From Macrostomum lignano (taxonomy: Eukaryota), in contig NIVC01000356.1 in NCBI GenBank assembly GCA_002269645.1, forward strand, positions 558,001 to 622,000: a DNA stretch of 64,000 nt. Reading direction: 5' to 3'. The notes under the pieces are model-generated. The model made no database searches. It was given only the letters and a program-made list of their open reading frames with translations, and had not been told where the DNA came from. A program made the position numbers and the translations under genes. Shown here one piece after another: positions 34,101 through 46,243 of the stretch; the first letter of the stretch is position 1, and each line of letters opens with the position of its first letter.

Positions 34101-37100
34101 ATTTCGACCTCTCTGGCATCTCCGGCGTTATCGCCGTCATCGGCGTCATTGGCGTCAGATGCAGCTGTTATATTCGAGAGGGTTGGCTGACAGACCTCGC
34201 GGCTCTGAGCAGAGTCAGCGGAGTCTATTATGACGACTGTTTTGGCCTTCGGCTTTGGCGGTTTCGGCTGCTTCCGCTGGGGAAGGGGGGAGGGGCGGAG
34301 CGCGTTGGGAGTTCCAGTCTCTGCCGCGCAGTCGCAGTGCATTGCGTGAACGCCTGACTTAGACTGTCGGCAGTGCACTGCACCCCGGCGTTCGCGAGCC
34401 ACACACGTACTGCAGCCAATTTTCCCGGGTTTGCGGGTGAAGATGTGGCCTGATGCGCCTTGCGCCCGGACAGTGTGCAGCAGGCGAACTCCCTGTCCGT
34501 GAAGACGGCACGCAGGGCAGCTCGGAGAACTGACAGCGTCACAGACTTTCGGAGTGCAGTAAGTTTTGCGTCCTCGCCATCCTGTTTGGCTGGCACTTTT
34601 TTGTAGGCTTCTAGCCGATCTTCCGCATCGTGCCGCTTATTCAAAGCTACCTTAACGAAGCCCTGCTGCTCAGAGAATGGCACAAGAGAAGCAGCTGTTA
34701 GGTCAACGTTCGGCGTGGCGGCGTCGCAGGCATCTTTCAGAGCGCGCGTCTGCGCTGCGGACAAGCTCTGCGTTACAGTGAAGGACATGGCGTCCTGCCT
34801 GGAATCGCTGGCGTCGCCGTCATCACCGCCATCGGCGTCATTGGTGTCAGATGCAGCTTTTGTACTCGAGCGGGCCGGCTGAGAGACTTCGCGGGCATTC
34901 TGGGAAAGCAGCTCTGACCCCTGAATAAGCAGCGAGTTGCACTGCTGCATGCTGCTGACCAGCAGCACGTTACGATGCTGCTCGTCCTCCAGTTGGCGTA
35001 AAAGCGTCCGCTCCATACGATTCGCGACACGAAGCTGCTCCGTTAATAGTCGGACGCTCTCTCGCTGATTCGTTTCTTCAACTGTGCTGTGCTGTAACTG
35101 GCTCCCTAGAAAAGTATGCGGTGGTTCAAACAAAGAAGGCACTATACCCGACCTGAAAGTGCAGAAGTAACGACCAACAATTGATGGCACTCACGCAGGG
35201 TGTCTATAAGCGACGACTGTCGCTCGTTCTCTATAGCAAACGTCCGGCAGGATGCACAGGCACGTGGAAGTTCCGATGGCTGAGCGTGTACGTTTCCTAG
35301 GACCGCTGTGCCTGTCGCGATGCTTCTGGAAGCGAACGGCCCACGTACTAGTGTCCCGAGCCATTTTTTCGCGGCCGTCCTGTTCGCCTTAGCGACGACA
35401 ATTAAGACTTCGCTGCCGACATCGACGTTACTCGGCGACTCGCGTTTGCGTCCCACAATGTCATCGCGCGTGCTGACAACGTCTGTTTTTTCGAAATAGT
35501 TGGAGTACTTAAAAATAAAGAATCGCGGTACCGCTTCACGTTCGTAGGGCACCATGTCATGCTGTATGAAAACGTCATTCCGTTGGGTGCCCTCTGCGAC
35601 AGCAGACGAAGAAGGGCCCGAAGTCTGTGCAACAGACATGGTGTCAGTATCTTCGATGGCTGACAATAGCGTATCCTGCAGTCGACGTGATTTCTCGGCA
35701 GTACGACCGAGAAATTGACTCAATGACTCATCGTCATCAGTCACAGCTTTGCGCTTCTTTCCACCGGACTCACTCGACGGCGCCTTTGTTGGAGCTGATT
35801 TGGAGGTCGGCTTCGACTTCGACTTTGAAGTGGACGTGGAATTTGATTTCGACTTGCCGACTACGGCAGTAGTCTTCTTTCCTGTGCCCATTAAAATTAG
35901 AGCAGCTGAAAAAGGTGAGTTTTTTGTGTCAATACTGTGTTCTGTGTTCACATGGGTGAAATGTAATTGTACTCGTACGTTACTTTAACTAGGCCTGGAC
36001 TCAAGAGTAACAATTAAGGTTGAGGTTGAAGATTGAGGTTTCCTCCTCAATCAAAAAGTTCGTACAAATTGAGCCGGCAACAAGGCCTTGTGTATTTATC
36101 AGCATATGCTGGTATACATACAAACGTACATGTCTAACGTCCATCATCTCAATGTCGTCATCATCTCAATTTCGTCATCATCTCAATGTCGTCATCATCT
36201 CAATGTCATCATCATCTCAATGTCGTCATCATCTCAATTTCGTCATCATCTCAATGTCGTCATCATCTCAATGTCATCATCATCTCAATGTCGTCATCAT
36301 CTCAATTTCGTCATCATCTCAATTTCGTCATCATCTCAATGTCGTCATCATCTCAATGTCGTCATCATCTCAATGTCATCATCATCTCAATGTCGTCATC
36401 ATCTCAATGTCGTCATCATCTCAATGTCATCAATCCATCAATTGAGGCAGTCTCCAGTCCATCAATCGCAGTAGTCACTCGTATTCAGTGCGGGGTCTCG
36501 GTGACAGACCCCGAAGCGGCCTTCGACGCCGCTTCCTCACTTTCAATTGATCCAACGGTACGGGCGGTGGTGATGGCGGCATTTCGATCGCGAAGAAGTT
36601 TGGCGCTTGCACGATCCGCCTGTGTCGGTGGCGGCCGTGCAGCGCTAAGCGGCGTGCTCGGCTAGTCGGCGACAGCTCCGCGTACCATTAGGCGCAGTCC
36701 GGGCAAGTTTGCGCAGGTAGTAGGCGTCGCTCGTCCCAACGCCTCGACTCAAATGACGGTGGAGCAGCCGGTTGTAGTCCCACGTATACTTGGACTCAGC
36801 AGTGGCTCGCGCGCGGGTCGACGTTGGTGGCGGGCCGGGAGAGTGACCACCGATTGTGGTGTCGCTACCGTCATCGGAGTGACGTTGGCCTTGGGACCGT
36901 CATGCAGCGGCCAAGTAAAGGCTGTAGAAGCAGTAAGCAGAGACTGGGACGCAGCCTGAGTCGACGTTGGTGGCGGGCCGGGAGAGTGACCACCGATTGT
37001 GGTGTCGCTGCCGTCATCGGAGTCGACGTTAGCCTTGGGACCGTCATGCAGCGGCCAAGTAAAGGCTGTAGAAGCAGTAAGCAGAGACTGGGACGCAGCC

Positions 37101-40100
37101 TGAGTCGACGTTGGTGGCGGGCCGGGAGAGTGACCACCGATTGTGGTGTCGCTGCCGTCATCGCAGTCGACGTTGGCCCGGGCATCCCCGTCAGCGATCA
37201 TTCGGTCGAAAAGTTTTGGCCAGTCAATTATGGGGCGATCCGACATGATTTAAATCCAATGGGTTCAGTCTGAAAAGGGTTTAGAAATTTGATTATTTTT
37301 TTGCCAATCGTAAAGTAAGGAAAAAACGAAAGGAAAATACGTTTTATGCTGTCAATCAGTTATCCTAGCCTGTCAATCAGTTATCCCAGCCTGTCAATCA
37401 GTTATCCCATTCCCATAAGGTGATTGTATTAAAAAAGTAATGTCCTTTAGCAGTGTCGGATGCATCCCCAACCCTAGCACACTAACCACTTTGAGACCCG
37501 AAAAATTTACTGTGCAGCTACTTTTACAAGTAGTTTCTTTTACATGTATCGGGAAAAATAAGACGTCGTTTTTGTTTTTACTAAAACAGGCAACAGGAAT
37601 CACTAATGTGCAGGGCGTAATCTTAGCTGGCATGCAACCCAGAAAGCAGAAAATCGTTAAAAGCCATTTAAGTACAAGAAAATTTGTAGAATATTCAGCA
37701 TTGTATTTGTTTAATACATTCCATGAATGAAACATGTGGGAGAAAAATCACTATGCAAGACAAAAGTAGAACAGCAGTTGAATTGATTCCCAGAGTGATT
37801 CTTGTCCTAGAAACATCTGACTGCGCTGATTCCCTGTATTGACAGTTTCCTTCCTATAGGTGGGTTGATTCCTTTAGCTACATTTAGCTGATTCCTTAAG
37901 TGGAATCGTCATATTTAAGCTGATTCCTAAATTGGCAGATTCCTTCCATTAAATTCGGCTGATTCTTTACCCGGAATCATCTGAAATATGTTGGTTCAGT
38001 TGATTCTCAACCGAATTTTTTGGCGGGTTGCCACGGACGCCAGCAGACTTTGACCACCTATAAGAATATTCTTATTCTTATGCATATGAACGCAACAAAA
38101 AATGAAGTGAATATAGTATACAGAAGTAACACGTAAATAAGCTACATATGACTCATAAAGCATCTCATCCAGATGCTTCTGGAAACCGGGCTCAATTTTT
38201 TGGTTCAATTGCATCTACTATTACGTGCATATATATACATTTTTACAAAATCGCAAACAATTAGAACGACTACTACAGTTTGTTAAAAAATATAATAGAA
38301 ATTTGATAATTTTTTTGCCAATCGTAAAGTAAGGAAAAAACGAAAGGAAAATACGTTTTATGCTGGCAATCAGTTATCCTAGCCTGTTAATCAGTTATCC
38401 CAGCCTGTCAATCAGTTATCCCATTGCCACGGACGCCAGCAGACTCTACGAATAGCCCAACTGCGGATGGGCCAGCAGAGCTACTTTTGTGTCGGTGACG
38501 ACACAAACGCCACGAAACTGTGGCAGCCCCACATGAATCGGGTCGCCGAGGTAGCTCAAGTCGCCGAAGGGATCGCATGCGAATACTCGGAAGTGCGCGA
38601 GTCGACAGCCTCGATTAGGTGACGTTGTGGCAACCTGTGCTAGTTCCTCCAGCGGGTCGACGGCCGCGAGAACTGGCAGTACGAGCAGTCCGAGCCTAAC
38701 CTGCTCACCTTGACATTCGATGGTTTGCACTCGGCAGAATCGGAAATCCGTCGTAGTGTCACCTTCGATGGCCACGAAGCCTGCCGCATCCTGACATCCG
38801 GGAGTGAAAATTCGTATTGTCCAACCGGATTTCAGAGTGGCACTGTGCCATCCGACTTGCCAGCGTTTCGGTCGACGAAGCACGACATCTGGAAGGGTGA
38901 GTACTTCTGTTCGACGGAATAATTCCTCTTCGTCTTGCTGATCCCCGTGCCCTATCAGTCGCGCTCGCGCTTGGATGGTGCCGATGTGGCGCTCCACGGC
39001 GCCAACCAGCTCGACGTCGGTGCGCCGCGTCCCATGCAGGCGTTTTTGCAGGCGCAAGTGCGTGCTTTCGAAAATTCCAGCCGATAGGCGGTGCGCAGAG
39101 CCGGCCAGATGGACGTATGTCAGCATGTGGCAGCACACCTGATGAGCATTATAGGTTAGTGCTCTTAAGGAGTACAACCTATACAGTTTGTCGTGGAAGT
39201 GGCGCAATGCAATCTCTACGTGCCGCAACTCAGACAGAGGCGCATAATCGGCAGTCATCCAGAACGCTGCAGCGGAAAGAAGTAACAGATGCTGGTAGTG
39301 GGCGGGTGGTAGGACGGCTTCCAAAACGAGGGGGTCGTAGGCCATCAGCCACATTTCAAACTCGTGCCCTCGGAAATTGCGGAGGTCACTCAGTGGACGC
39401 ACTTCATGGCGTTGGACGTTGATGGGCAGCCGGATGCGGAGCAGCGGCTCATCGACCTGACGTTGAAGCCGGTGCAGGTCCGGACAGTTAGTTTCTCCTC
39501 GGTCCGGCTTCTCGGCCTGCACCAGGAATAATTGGTACATTATCATCCGGACCAGACCTAGGTGCAGCTGGTGGAGGTAACACGGCGGACATCCGCGCAT
39601 GAAGTCAAAGCCCGGGAGGCGTCCTAACGGAGAGTGGCCTCGGACACCCAATGTGTCTGTGTTCTGGTGCCGAGCACCTGCTAGGTGTTGCTCCACTAAT
39701 CTGCGCGTATCTGCCATGCTCCGCAGGACAGTTTGCAGACAACCTAGACGTCGAGCAGCATTCTGCATTGCTGGCGTTAAGCCGACGTCGAAGACACGCC
39801 CAGAGCCTGAAGGATGAAGACGCGTAGCAATGTAGCACTTCTCGCAGCCGTAGATAGCCGTGCATCGTCGCATGCGGAGCGCATCTGCACGAGCCGGTGA
39901 GTCAAACATTGCTAGCAACGCATGGAAGCGTATCGTACGCTGAACTCCATCAGCGTCAGTGTACGTTACGCCCCGGATGCGTAAAGAAATCAGCGCGTCG
40001 ACGACCACCGGAAGGAAAGCCGCTGAACTCACTTTGGTCTTAGCAGCCCAGAGCCCACAGATTATGACATAGCGCAACTTGACATGATCGTGAACCTCGT

Positions 40101-43100
40101 TGATGCTTAAGTAGACAGGACACACCTCTACCTTGCTGGTTGACCGTGCTGGAAACCCATCAGAGCTCAGAGTATACGAGAGGTCGCTCTTAGCAACTAG
40201 GTTTATCGACTCCCGAAACTGTCTGTACAGGTGCAGACTGTTGTAGAAATGGATGGTGTCTTCGTGCGGATTGAAGTCGGAAGGAAAAGTCAAATTATGC
40301 AGCAGTCCACATGACTCTATGTAAGTTCGGATCTGCTTTCTAATGTTGAAAACCCAGAAGTTTGCGACTCTCATTGATCCGCAGTCACTGCAATGTCCAC
40401 CGTTTTGACTGCAGTCTCCTCGGTAGTTTACGTAGCACTCGTTGCACACAGTGACGCATTTTGCGGAGCCGATGTAACTCTGGGCGGACTTTAGCGTCCG
40501 CCACATAGTTCTTGCAGTGCGCGGAATTCGACTTCCCGGAACCAGACAATGCACAAGACGTAGAAGTCTGGTTATTTTTTTACTTGGGATTCCAAGATCA
40601 ATGGCGCAGTCGTTGATATGACACACAGCTTCACCAATGGTGCCCGTGATGGGTTCGCCGTTGTGCCACGGTAGCTGTAGCCAGGGATCAAGAACTGGCT
40701 GTTCCTGGCCATCGCTGTCGCTGGAGTTAAGTGACTCAGCGTCACTGCCGTCACTGGAGTCTGTGGGAAACGCGCGATAGTTTTTCTGTATCAACGGATA
40801 TCGGGGCGCCGCATTTTGCAGATCCTCGATGCTACTCACCATGCTCGGAGGGCTCACTGTCACCGGTGTCTACGGACTCGGCACCTCTGAGAAGCTGCGA
40901 CGATGCTGCGACGACAGTGCTACTGCTGCGCGAAGTACTAGGTACAGCGCGACTAACCGGGGAACGCGGTCGGTCAGTCACTCAGCGCAGGCCGCGTCAA
41001 TATTTTGTTGCAGTCGTCGCGCCCGCTGATAAAATCGTCTGTCGCGTCGTGATCGCTCCATTGTAATTATTTCAGGTTTCTTAATTACTAGCACTGGAAA
41101 TTCATGGAACTTTATTAACAAAGGCTGCTACGTACGCTACGCCTAGCGGGCCAATTCAGGGATGGGACTTTGCTTATACATTTTTGTAAAAGAGGAAATC
41201 AACGTTAGAATTCCACAGTAGCATGCAGCCTTCAGAAATGTGTGCGATGACAGCATTAAAATGACAATATTTTTATTCTCAGTTTACGCTCGTAATGTAA
41301 CATACGAAGACGCTCATATGATATATATAAAGATGAGCGGAAAAAATACTGCAAGAGAACAAAACAGGAGCACATTACAGGACATACAATTACAAGAAAA
41401 TCTTCATGTCAATTGTCAATTATACAATGTGTCTCCCATACCATTTTCAACCCAATCCTGAATTAAAGGCTTTCATCAGCTCTTTTCTCCGGCTCTTGTC
41501 CGGTCGAAGAACCAGAGAAAGAACCGGGCAAAATTCCAGGCGGAAATGTTATTTCATCCGCTTTTACTCCGGATTTCCCTGCGTAACTAAACTGGTTCCA
41601 AACCTGGCGAAGGACCGGGTAAAAAAACCAGAGCACTCGTACGGTTTTTCCTCCGGAATTTCGCCTGGTTTAGAAAGGCAGAGAAAAACCGGATAAATTC
41701 GCCTGGTTTATGTTCTTCGCCTGGAAATGGGGCAAAAAACATAGCAAGCCAGAGCAAAACCGGGCGAAAAACCTGATCGGATGGCCACACGGGTGTGCTC
41801 AAATAGGTGAAAATTGATGTGCTCAAACAAGTGACAATGGGTGTGCTCAAACAGGTGACAATGGGTGTGCTCAAACAAGTGACAATGGGTGTGCTCAAAC
41901 AGATGACAATGGGTGTGCTCAAACAGGTTACAATCGGTGTGCTCAAAGAGGTTACAATCGGTGTGCTCAAACAGGTGACAATGGGTGTGCTCAAACAAGT
42001 GACAATGGGTGTGCTCAAACAGGTGACAATGGGTGTGCTCAAACAAGTGCCAATGGGTGTGTTCAAACAAGTGCCAATGGGTGTGCTCAAACAAGTGACA
42101 CTGGGTGTGCTCAAACAGATGACAATGGGTGTGCTCAAACAGGTTACAATCGGTGTGCTCAAACAGGTGACAATGGGTGTGCTCAAACAGGTGCCAATGG
42201 GTGTGCTCAAACAAGTGCCAATGGGTGTGTTCAAACAGGTGACAATGGGTGTGCTCAAACAAGTGCCAATGGGTGTGTTCAAACAAGTGCCAATGGGTGT
42301 GCTCAAACAAGTGACACTGGGTGTGCTCAAACAGATGACAATGGGTGTGCTCAAACAAGTAACAATGGGTGTGCTCAAACAAGTGACAATCGGTGTGCTC
42401 AAACAGGTGCCAATGGGTGTGCTCAAACAAGTGACAATGGGTGTGCTCAAACAGGTGACAATCGGTGTGCTCAAACAAGTGACAATGGGTGTGCTCAAAC
42501 AAGTGACAATCGGTGTGCTCAAACAAGTAACAATGGGTGTACTCAATCTCATTCAGCCGTGATCACGGAATTTATCCACAGGGCCAGTCGTTAATTTTCG
42601 ACACGGACGAAGACGACCTGGACGGTTTCGCGCACCCATCTGACTGTTTGACTGCGGGCAAGTGGGACACCGAGCTCGATGGCAAGTTCGCTGCGCAGCT
42701 GCCAGCCTCCGCAACTGCATCTAATGATGCGGCAACAGACGACGCCACTCTGGCCAATCAGAGGCAGCCGGTCCTGGTGCGTAGCCTGCCAGCCGCCCTG
42801 GCCAACAGTCTCCGAGTTCGTCGCCTGCTGTCGGTCACCAGCTCCGGCCTGGCGCAGCTCACCGCCGCCTGCGCCGAGTCGCCTGTCTGTCAGGCCGCCT
42901 GCGACGCTCTGACCCGGCTGAGACTGTCCGATTCTGAGCTGCGCAAACTGGCCGAGGCTAGCACCGCCTGTCTGACTGTCCGCTGCCCGCTGTCTGCCGC
43001 CTCCGCCGATATTGTCTGCGCTGATGGCGATGATGTCGACTGTATTGTTGGCGCCACCGGGACCGCCGTGCGGGTACCCAGTCCGTCGAAAACTCTTCAG

Positions 43101-44233
43101 CTGGCTGCCATGATGCACCAGGTGAGAATAGTTGGTTTTCGCGTGTCTCTAGATCTATTGTTGCGTCTCTAGATCTATTGGTTCGTCTCTAGATCTATTG
43201 GTTCGTCTCTAGATATTTTGGTTCGTCTCTAGATCTATTGTTGCGTCTCTAGATCTATTGGTTCGTCTCTAGATCTATTGGTTCGTCTCTAGATCTTTTG
43301 GTTCGTCTCTAGATCTATTGTTGCGTCTCTAGATCTATTGTTGCGTCTCTAGATCTTTTGGTTCGTCTCTAGATCTTTTGGTTCGTCTCTAGATCTTTTG
43401 GTTCGTCTGTAGATCTATTGGTGCGTCTCTAGATCTTTTGGTTCGTCTCTAGATCTTTTGGTTCGTCTGTAGATCTATTGGTGCGTCTCTAGATCTTTTG
43501 GTGCGTCTCTAGATCTTTTGGTTCGTCTCTATATAATTTAGTGCGTCTCTAGATCTATTGGTGCGTCTCTAGATCTATTGGTGCGTCTCTAGATCTTTTG
43601 ATTCGTCTCTAAATCTATTCGTTCGTCTCTAGATCTATTCGTTGCATTCAACGAATAAAAGGTATTTTTGGATTGCTTTTTGTAGGCCTTTTTTTGTCTT
43701 CAGATATTTGGCCATTTTTTACTTTGGATAGGTGTCTTTGGTCTCTAGATCTCTAAGGTGTGTCTCTAGATTTATCGAATAGTCCGTCACTAGAGCAGCT
43801 TACTTCTGCTACTAAAAGTACTAGATCATCTTGAATCATCACCCCATCTAATGCTCCTATCGCACAGCGCCACAGTTTGGTCTCGACCGCACCTTCCTTG
43901 GCCGCCTCTCACCGGTCCCGGTTCGAGCTGGCCACCAGCCGCCTGGAATTCCCGCAGCTGGCGCCCGGCCAAGAGGCCACGGAGAAAGTTCTGTGCGTCA
44001 ACAAGAACCAGTTCGATTTGACCGTTCGAGTTTCTCAACAGCCTGAGGCGCCATTCCACCTGCGTAAACAGTCGCTGGCCAAGTTCACTTTGAATCAGCG
44101 CAACTCCGGCAATTATCCGTTCGTGTTCCGCCCACCGGCTCCCGGCGCCTACAGCTGCACCGTGGCCTTCGCCACCGGCGAGGGCGACTTTGTCAGCCTG
44201 CAGCTCACTGGCCGCTGCGTGGCGCCCAACTGA
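28197..44233 (+). CDS. CEP192: Centrosomal protein CEP192/SPD-2 homolog, 6 exons (28197-29404, 29917-30319, 31076-31663, 32250-32591, 42582-43121, 43868-44233), ~1148 aa
   Basis: Disordered acidic N-terminus followed by ASH/Ig-like domains. The last exon (PFHL..KFTL..YPFVFRPPAPGAYSCTVAFATGEGDFVSLQLTGRC) aligns with the CEP192 C-terminal domain as I recall it. Phases 2,0,0,0,0 give an open 3447-nt frame. An acceptor-like sequence at 28201-28203 means an upstream exon is possible. Confidence 0.8.
29389..29665. repeat. 69-bp tandem repeat x4 spanning the CEP192 exon 1 / intron 1 junction
   Basis: The unit encodes ALNAGLVPMLCMLSAATMPIYLA in frame and carries the GG|GTTGGT donor. Confidence 0.95.
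30326..31007. repeat. ~23-bp minisatellite (GTCATTGTGTGATTTGGGGTATT) filling CEP192 intron 2
   Basis: Begins immediately after the CAG|GTGAGT donor. Confidence 0.95.
31738..32055. repeat. Degenerate 20-bp minisatellite (TTGACTCTTTGTTCTATTCC) in CEP192 intron 3
   Basis: Direct periodicity that decays rightward. Confidence 0.85.
32575..32821. repeat. 24-bp minisatellite, left part (GGGTGTGCTCAAACAGGTGAGGCT), spanning the CEP192 exon 4 donor
   Basis: Direct periodicity; continues at 41794-42545 beyond the transposon. Confidence 0.9.
33108..33710. repeat. 61-bp subterminal tandem repeat x~10 inside the CACTA element
   Basis: Near-identical units AAAATCAGACTAAAACCTAACGAAAGCGACACGACGACCCAACCGGACGAATATCCGTAGC. 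Confidence 0.95.
34007..35891 (-). CDS. CACTA accessory ORF: basic/NLS N-terminus, coiled coil, BEN-like domain; probable intron 35106-35194 and a frameshift near 34290
   Basis: KKRK motif; phase-matched splice CTGC|GTGAGT..TTCTAG|GG joins the two listed ORFs; LRAVFTDREFACCTLSGRK..NPGKLAAVRVWL resembles a BEN domain; an acidic DANDAD segment is duplicated. Confidence 0.6.
36140..36430. repeat. 17-bp minisatellite (GTCATCATCTCAATGTC) inside the CACTA element
   Basis: Direct periodicity. Confidence 0.95.
36480..37246 (-). pseudogene. Third, disrupted ORF of the CACTA element with 144-bp (48-aa) tandem repeats
   Basis: ATG at 37246; ~2.4 copies of a 48-aa unit; a 1-bp deletion in the third copy shifts the frame; GC-rich coding-like sequence continues to ~36485. 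Confidence 0.45.
38446..41061 (-). CDS. CACTA/EnSpm-type DDE transposase (main ORF 38446-40760; probable exon 1 at 41061-40840, 79-nt intron, 1-bp deletion in exon 1)
   Basis: Motifs SSDGF, MFDSPARA..YGCEKC, LHQLHLG, TYNAHQ..H and SAGIFES are typical of CACTA/CMC transposases. CATG|GTGAGT..TTTCCCACAG|AC is a phase-1 intron. Confidence 0.88.
41794..42545. repeat. 24-bp minisatellite, right part (GGGTGTGCTCAAACAGGTGACAAT), ~31 copies
   Basis: Direct periodicity with 216-bp (9-unit) higher-order repetition. Confidence 0.95.
43141..43640. repeat. 20-bp minisatellite (TCTCTAGATCTATTGGTTCG) in CEP192 intron 5
   Basis: Direct periodicity. Confidence 0.95.
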
Positions 44234-44244
44234 ACTGCATTCCT

Positions 44245-44940
44245 CACCTTAGCTGACCTCCGCTCCGACACTATTGACCCTCACTGACCTTTGACCTTAG
44301 CTGACCTCCGCTCCAACACTTTTGACCCTCACTGACCTTTGACCTTAGCTGACCTCCGCTCCAACACTTTTGACCCTCACTGACCTTTGACCTTAGCTGA
44401 CCTCCGCTCCAACACTTTTGACCCTCACTGACCTTTGACCTTAGCTGACCTCCGCTCCAACACTTTTGACCCTCACTGACCTTTGACTTAGCTGACCTCC
44501 GCTTCGACACTTTTGACCCTCACTGACCTTTGACCTTAGCTGACCTCCGCTCCGACACTATTGACTTCCCACTGACCTTTGACCTTTGCTGACCTCCGCT
44601 CCGACACTATTGACTTCCCACTGGCCTTTGACCTTAGCTGACATCCGCTCTGACACTATTGACCCTCACTGACCTTTGACCTTTGCTGACCTCCGCTCCG
44701 ACACTATTGACTTCCCACTGGCCTTTGACCTTAGCTGACCTCCGCTCCGACACTATTGACTTCCCACTGACCTTTGACCTTTGCTGACCTCCGCTCCGAC
44801 ATTGACCCCCACTGACCTTTGACCTTAGTTGACCTCCACTCCGACACTATTGACTTCCCACTGGCCTTTGACCTTAGCTGACCTCTGCTCCGACACTATT
44901 GACCCCGACTGACCTCTGACCTCAGCTGACCCTGTGCACT
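44245..44940. repeat. 48-bp minisatellite starting just after the CEP192 stop codon
   Basis: Unit TTAGCTGACCTCCGCTCCAACACTTTTGACCCTCACTGACCTTTGACC. Confidence 0.9.
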
Positions 44941-45658
44941 CTTGACCTTAACTGAACTTTAACCTCTGTTGCCCTTTGTTGGAACTAGCCCTTTCTTATT
45001 GGCATTTCGCTGGTTGATGCTGCCACTGAGCAAAAGTCAGTTGAAGCAATATCTTGTTATTAATTGTTATTGACTTCCCATTTAATACAGCCTGAAACTC
45101 CCAACCCTGGGAAAGATTTGGTTCTTGTGGCGCTTGGCTCACTGCCAAGGATATTGGATTAACTATAATCTAAGCGTTAATTTAGTAGATTTTTACTAAA
45201 TAGCGCATAATTAGCATATTTGAATGCACTTTTTATGAATGACTACTAGCTCAAATGTTTTGCAGCTCTTTGCTAAATGCATTAATTAAATATTACATTT
45301 TAGTTGTGAAAAGCTCTCTGCATTTTAGTATCAATTATTAAAGTATCACTGATCAATTTCTAATGCTGTCCCTGTCTCTAAATTTAATCCTTTTTAAAAT
45401 TCCATTTATTTGACTGAGCGAACTGCAATGCCAATGGTACTAACGCGTTCCCGCTTCTTCTGTGTATAAAATTGACATGGAAATATAAAGTCATATGCAT
45501 GCACCATTGGGTTAATTAACTTAGTATTATTATTACCTTCTTTTGTAGACTTCTTTTTCGTCTTATCAGTGTCCTGTTATTTTTATATAGTCATGTGATA
45601 ATAACCGCAGTAGTGAAGTATGTCTGTCCCTATTTGTAATGGTCACTCTAGTCTAGCA

Positions 45659-45940
45659 GGGAGTTGTAGCCTAGTGGCTAGAGCGTGGGACTCACAACTG
45701 AAAGGTCGGGGGTTCGATTCTTTACCCAATCGGAACAATTTGTGTCCTAAAGCAAGACACTTAACTCTGCATTGCTTCAGAGTTAAGCTGGGGTAATTGA
45801 CGGTGTGTGTGGCGACCCCCCAGTCCTTGGACTGAACAGCCGTACGCAGCCTTCAGATGCGCCGCGCAATAGCTGCGGCTGAGCTGTCGGTTGCACATCT
45901 GGCCATTGTGGCAGACATAATCTGTAATTATTTTTATTAT
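45659..45940 (+). mobile_element. tRNA-derived SINE with a V-domain-like central motif
   Basis: A box TAGCCTAGTGG, B box GGTTCGATTC, then TGTGTCCTAAAGCAAGACACTTAAC resembling the V-SINE core; AT-rich tail. The 3' end is approximate. Confidence 0.7.
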
Positions 45941-46243
45941 TAAAGGTCACAGAATACAGATTAACAGTACATGTTAATACAGATTTGCCTTGGGGCATCA
46001 ATCATGCAGATTGCTGTCTGTACTGACGGAGCCGCTGGGCATGCGCAGCAAGTTGCAGGTCTTGTTGCTCCTTAATTTATCGGAATGCAGCTGCATCGCC
46101 TTGAATTGCCACTTTAGACCTTTCGCTTGATTAATAGGCCGCAAGGACTGCATGTACCTTGCTATGCTTGCTACCTTTCGCTTGTAAAACTTTGTCTGCT
46201 TTCATCGCTAACTCTTGTCCTGTTTAATTCAGTACCACGATAA

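Larger units (their letters stand above)
32822..41793 (-). mobile_element. CACTA/EnSpm (CMC superfamily) DNA transposon, 8972 bp, in CEP192 intron 4
   Basis: 35-bp TIR CCCGTGT(A/G)GCCATC(T/C)GATCAGGTTTTTCGCCCGGT with 2 mismatches; 2-bp TSD TG. Removing the element restores the minisatellite unit GACAATGGGTGTGCTCAAA. Encodes a CACTA-type transposase. Confidence 0.92.

Noticed and set aside
40842-40863. Transposase start at the listed ORF's GTG/ATG (MVSSIEDL..)
   Set aside because: ATG|GTGAGT is a strong donor with a phase-matched acceptor 79 nt downstream, so this segment is more likely intron.
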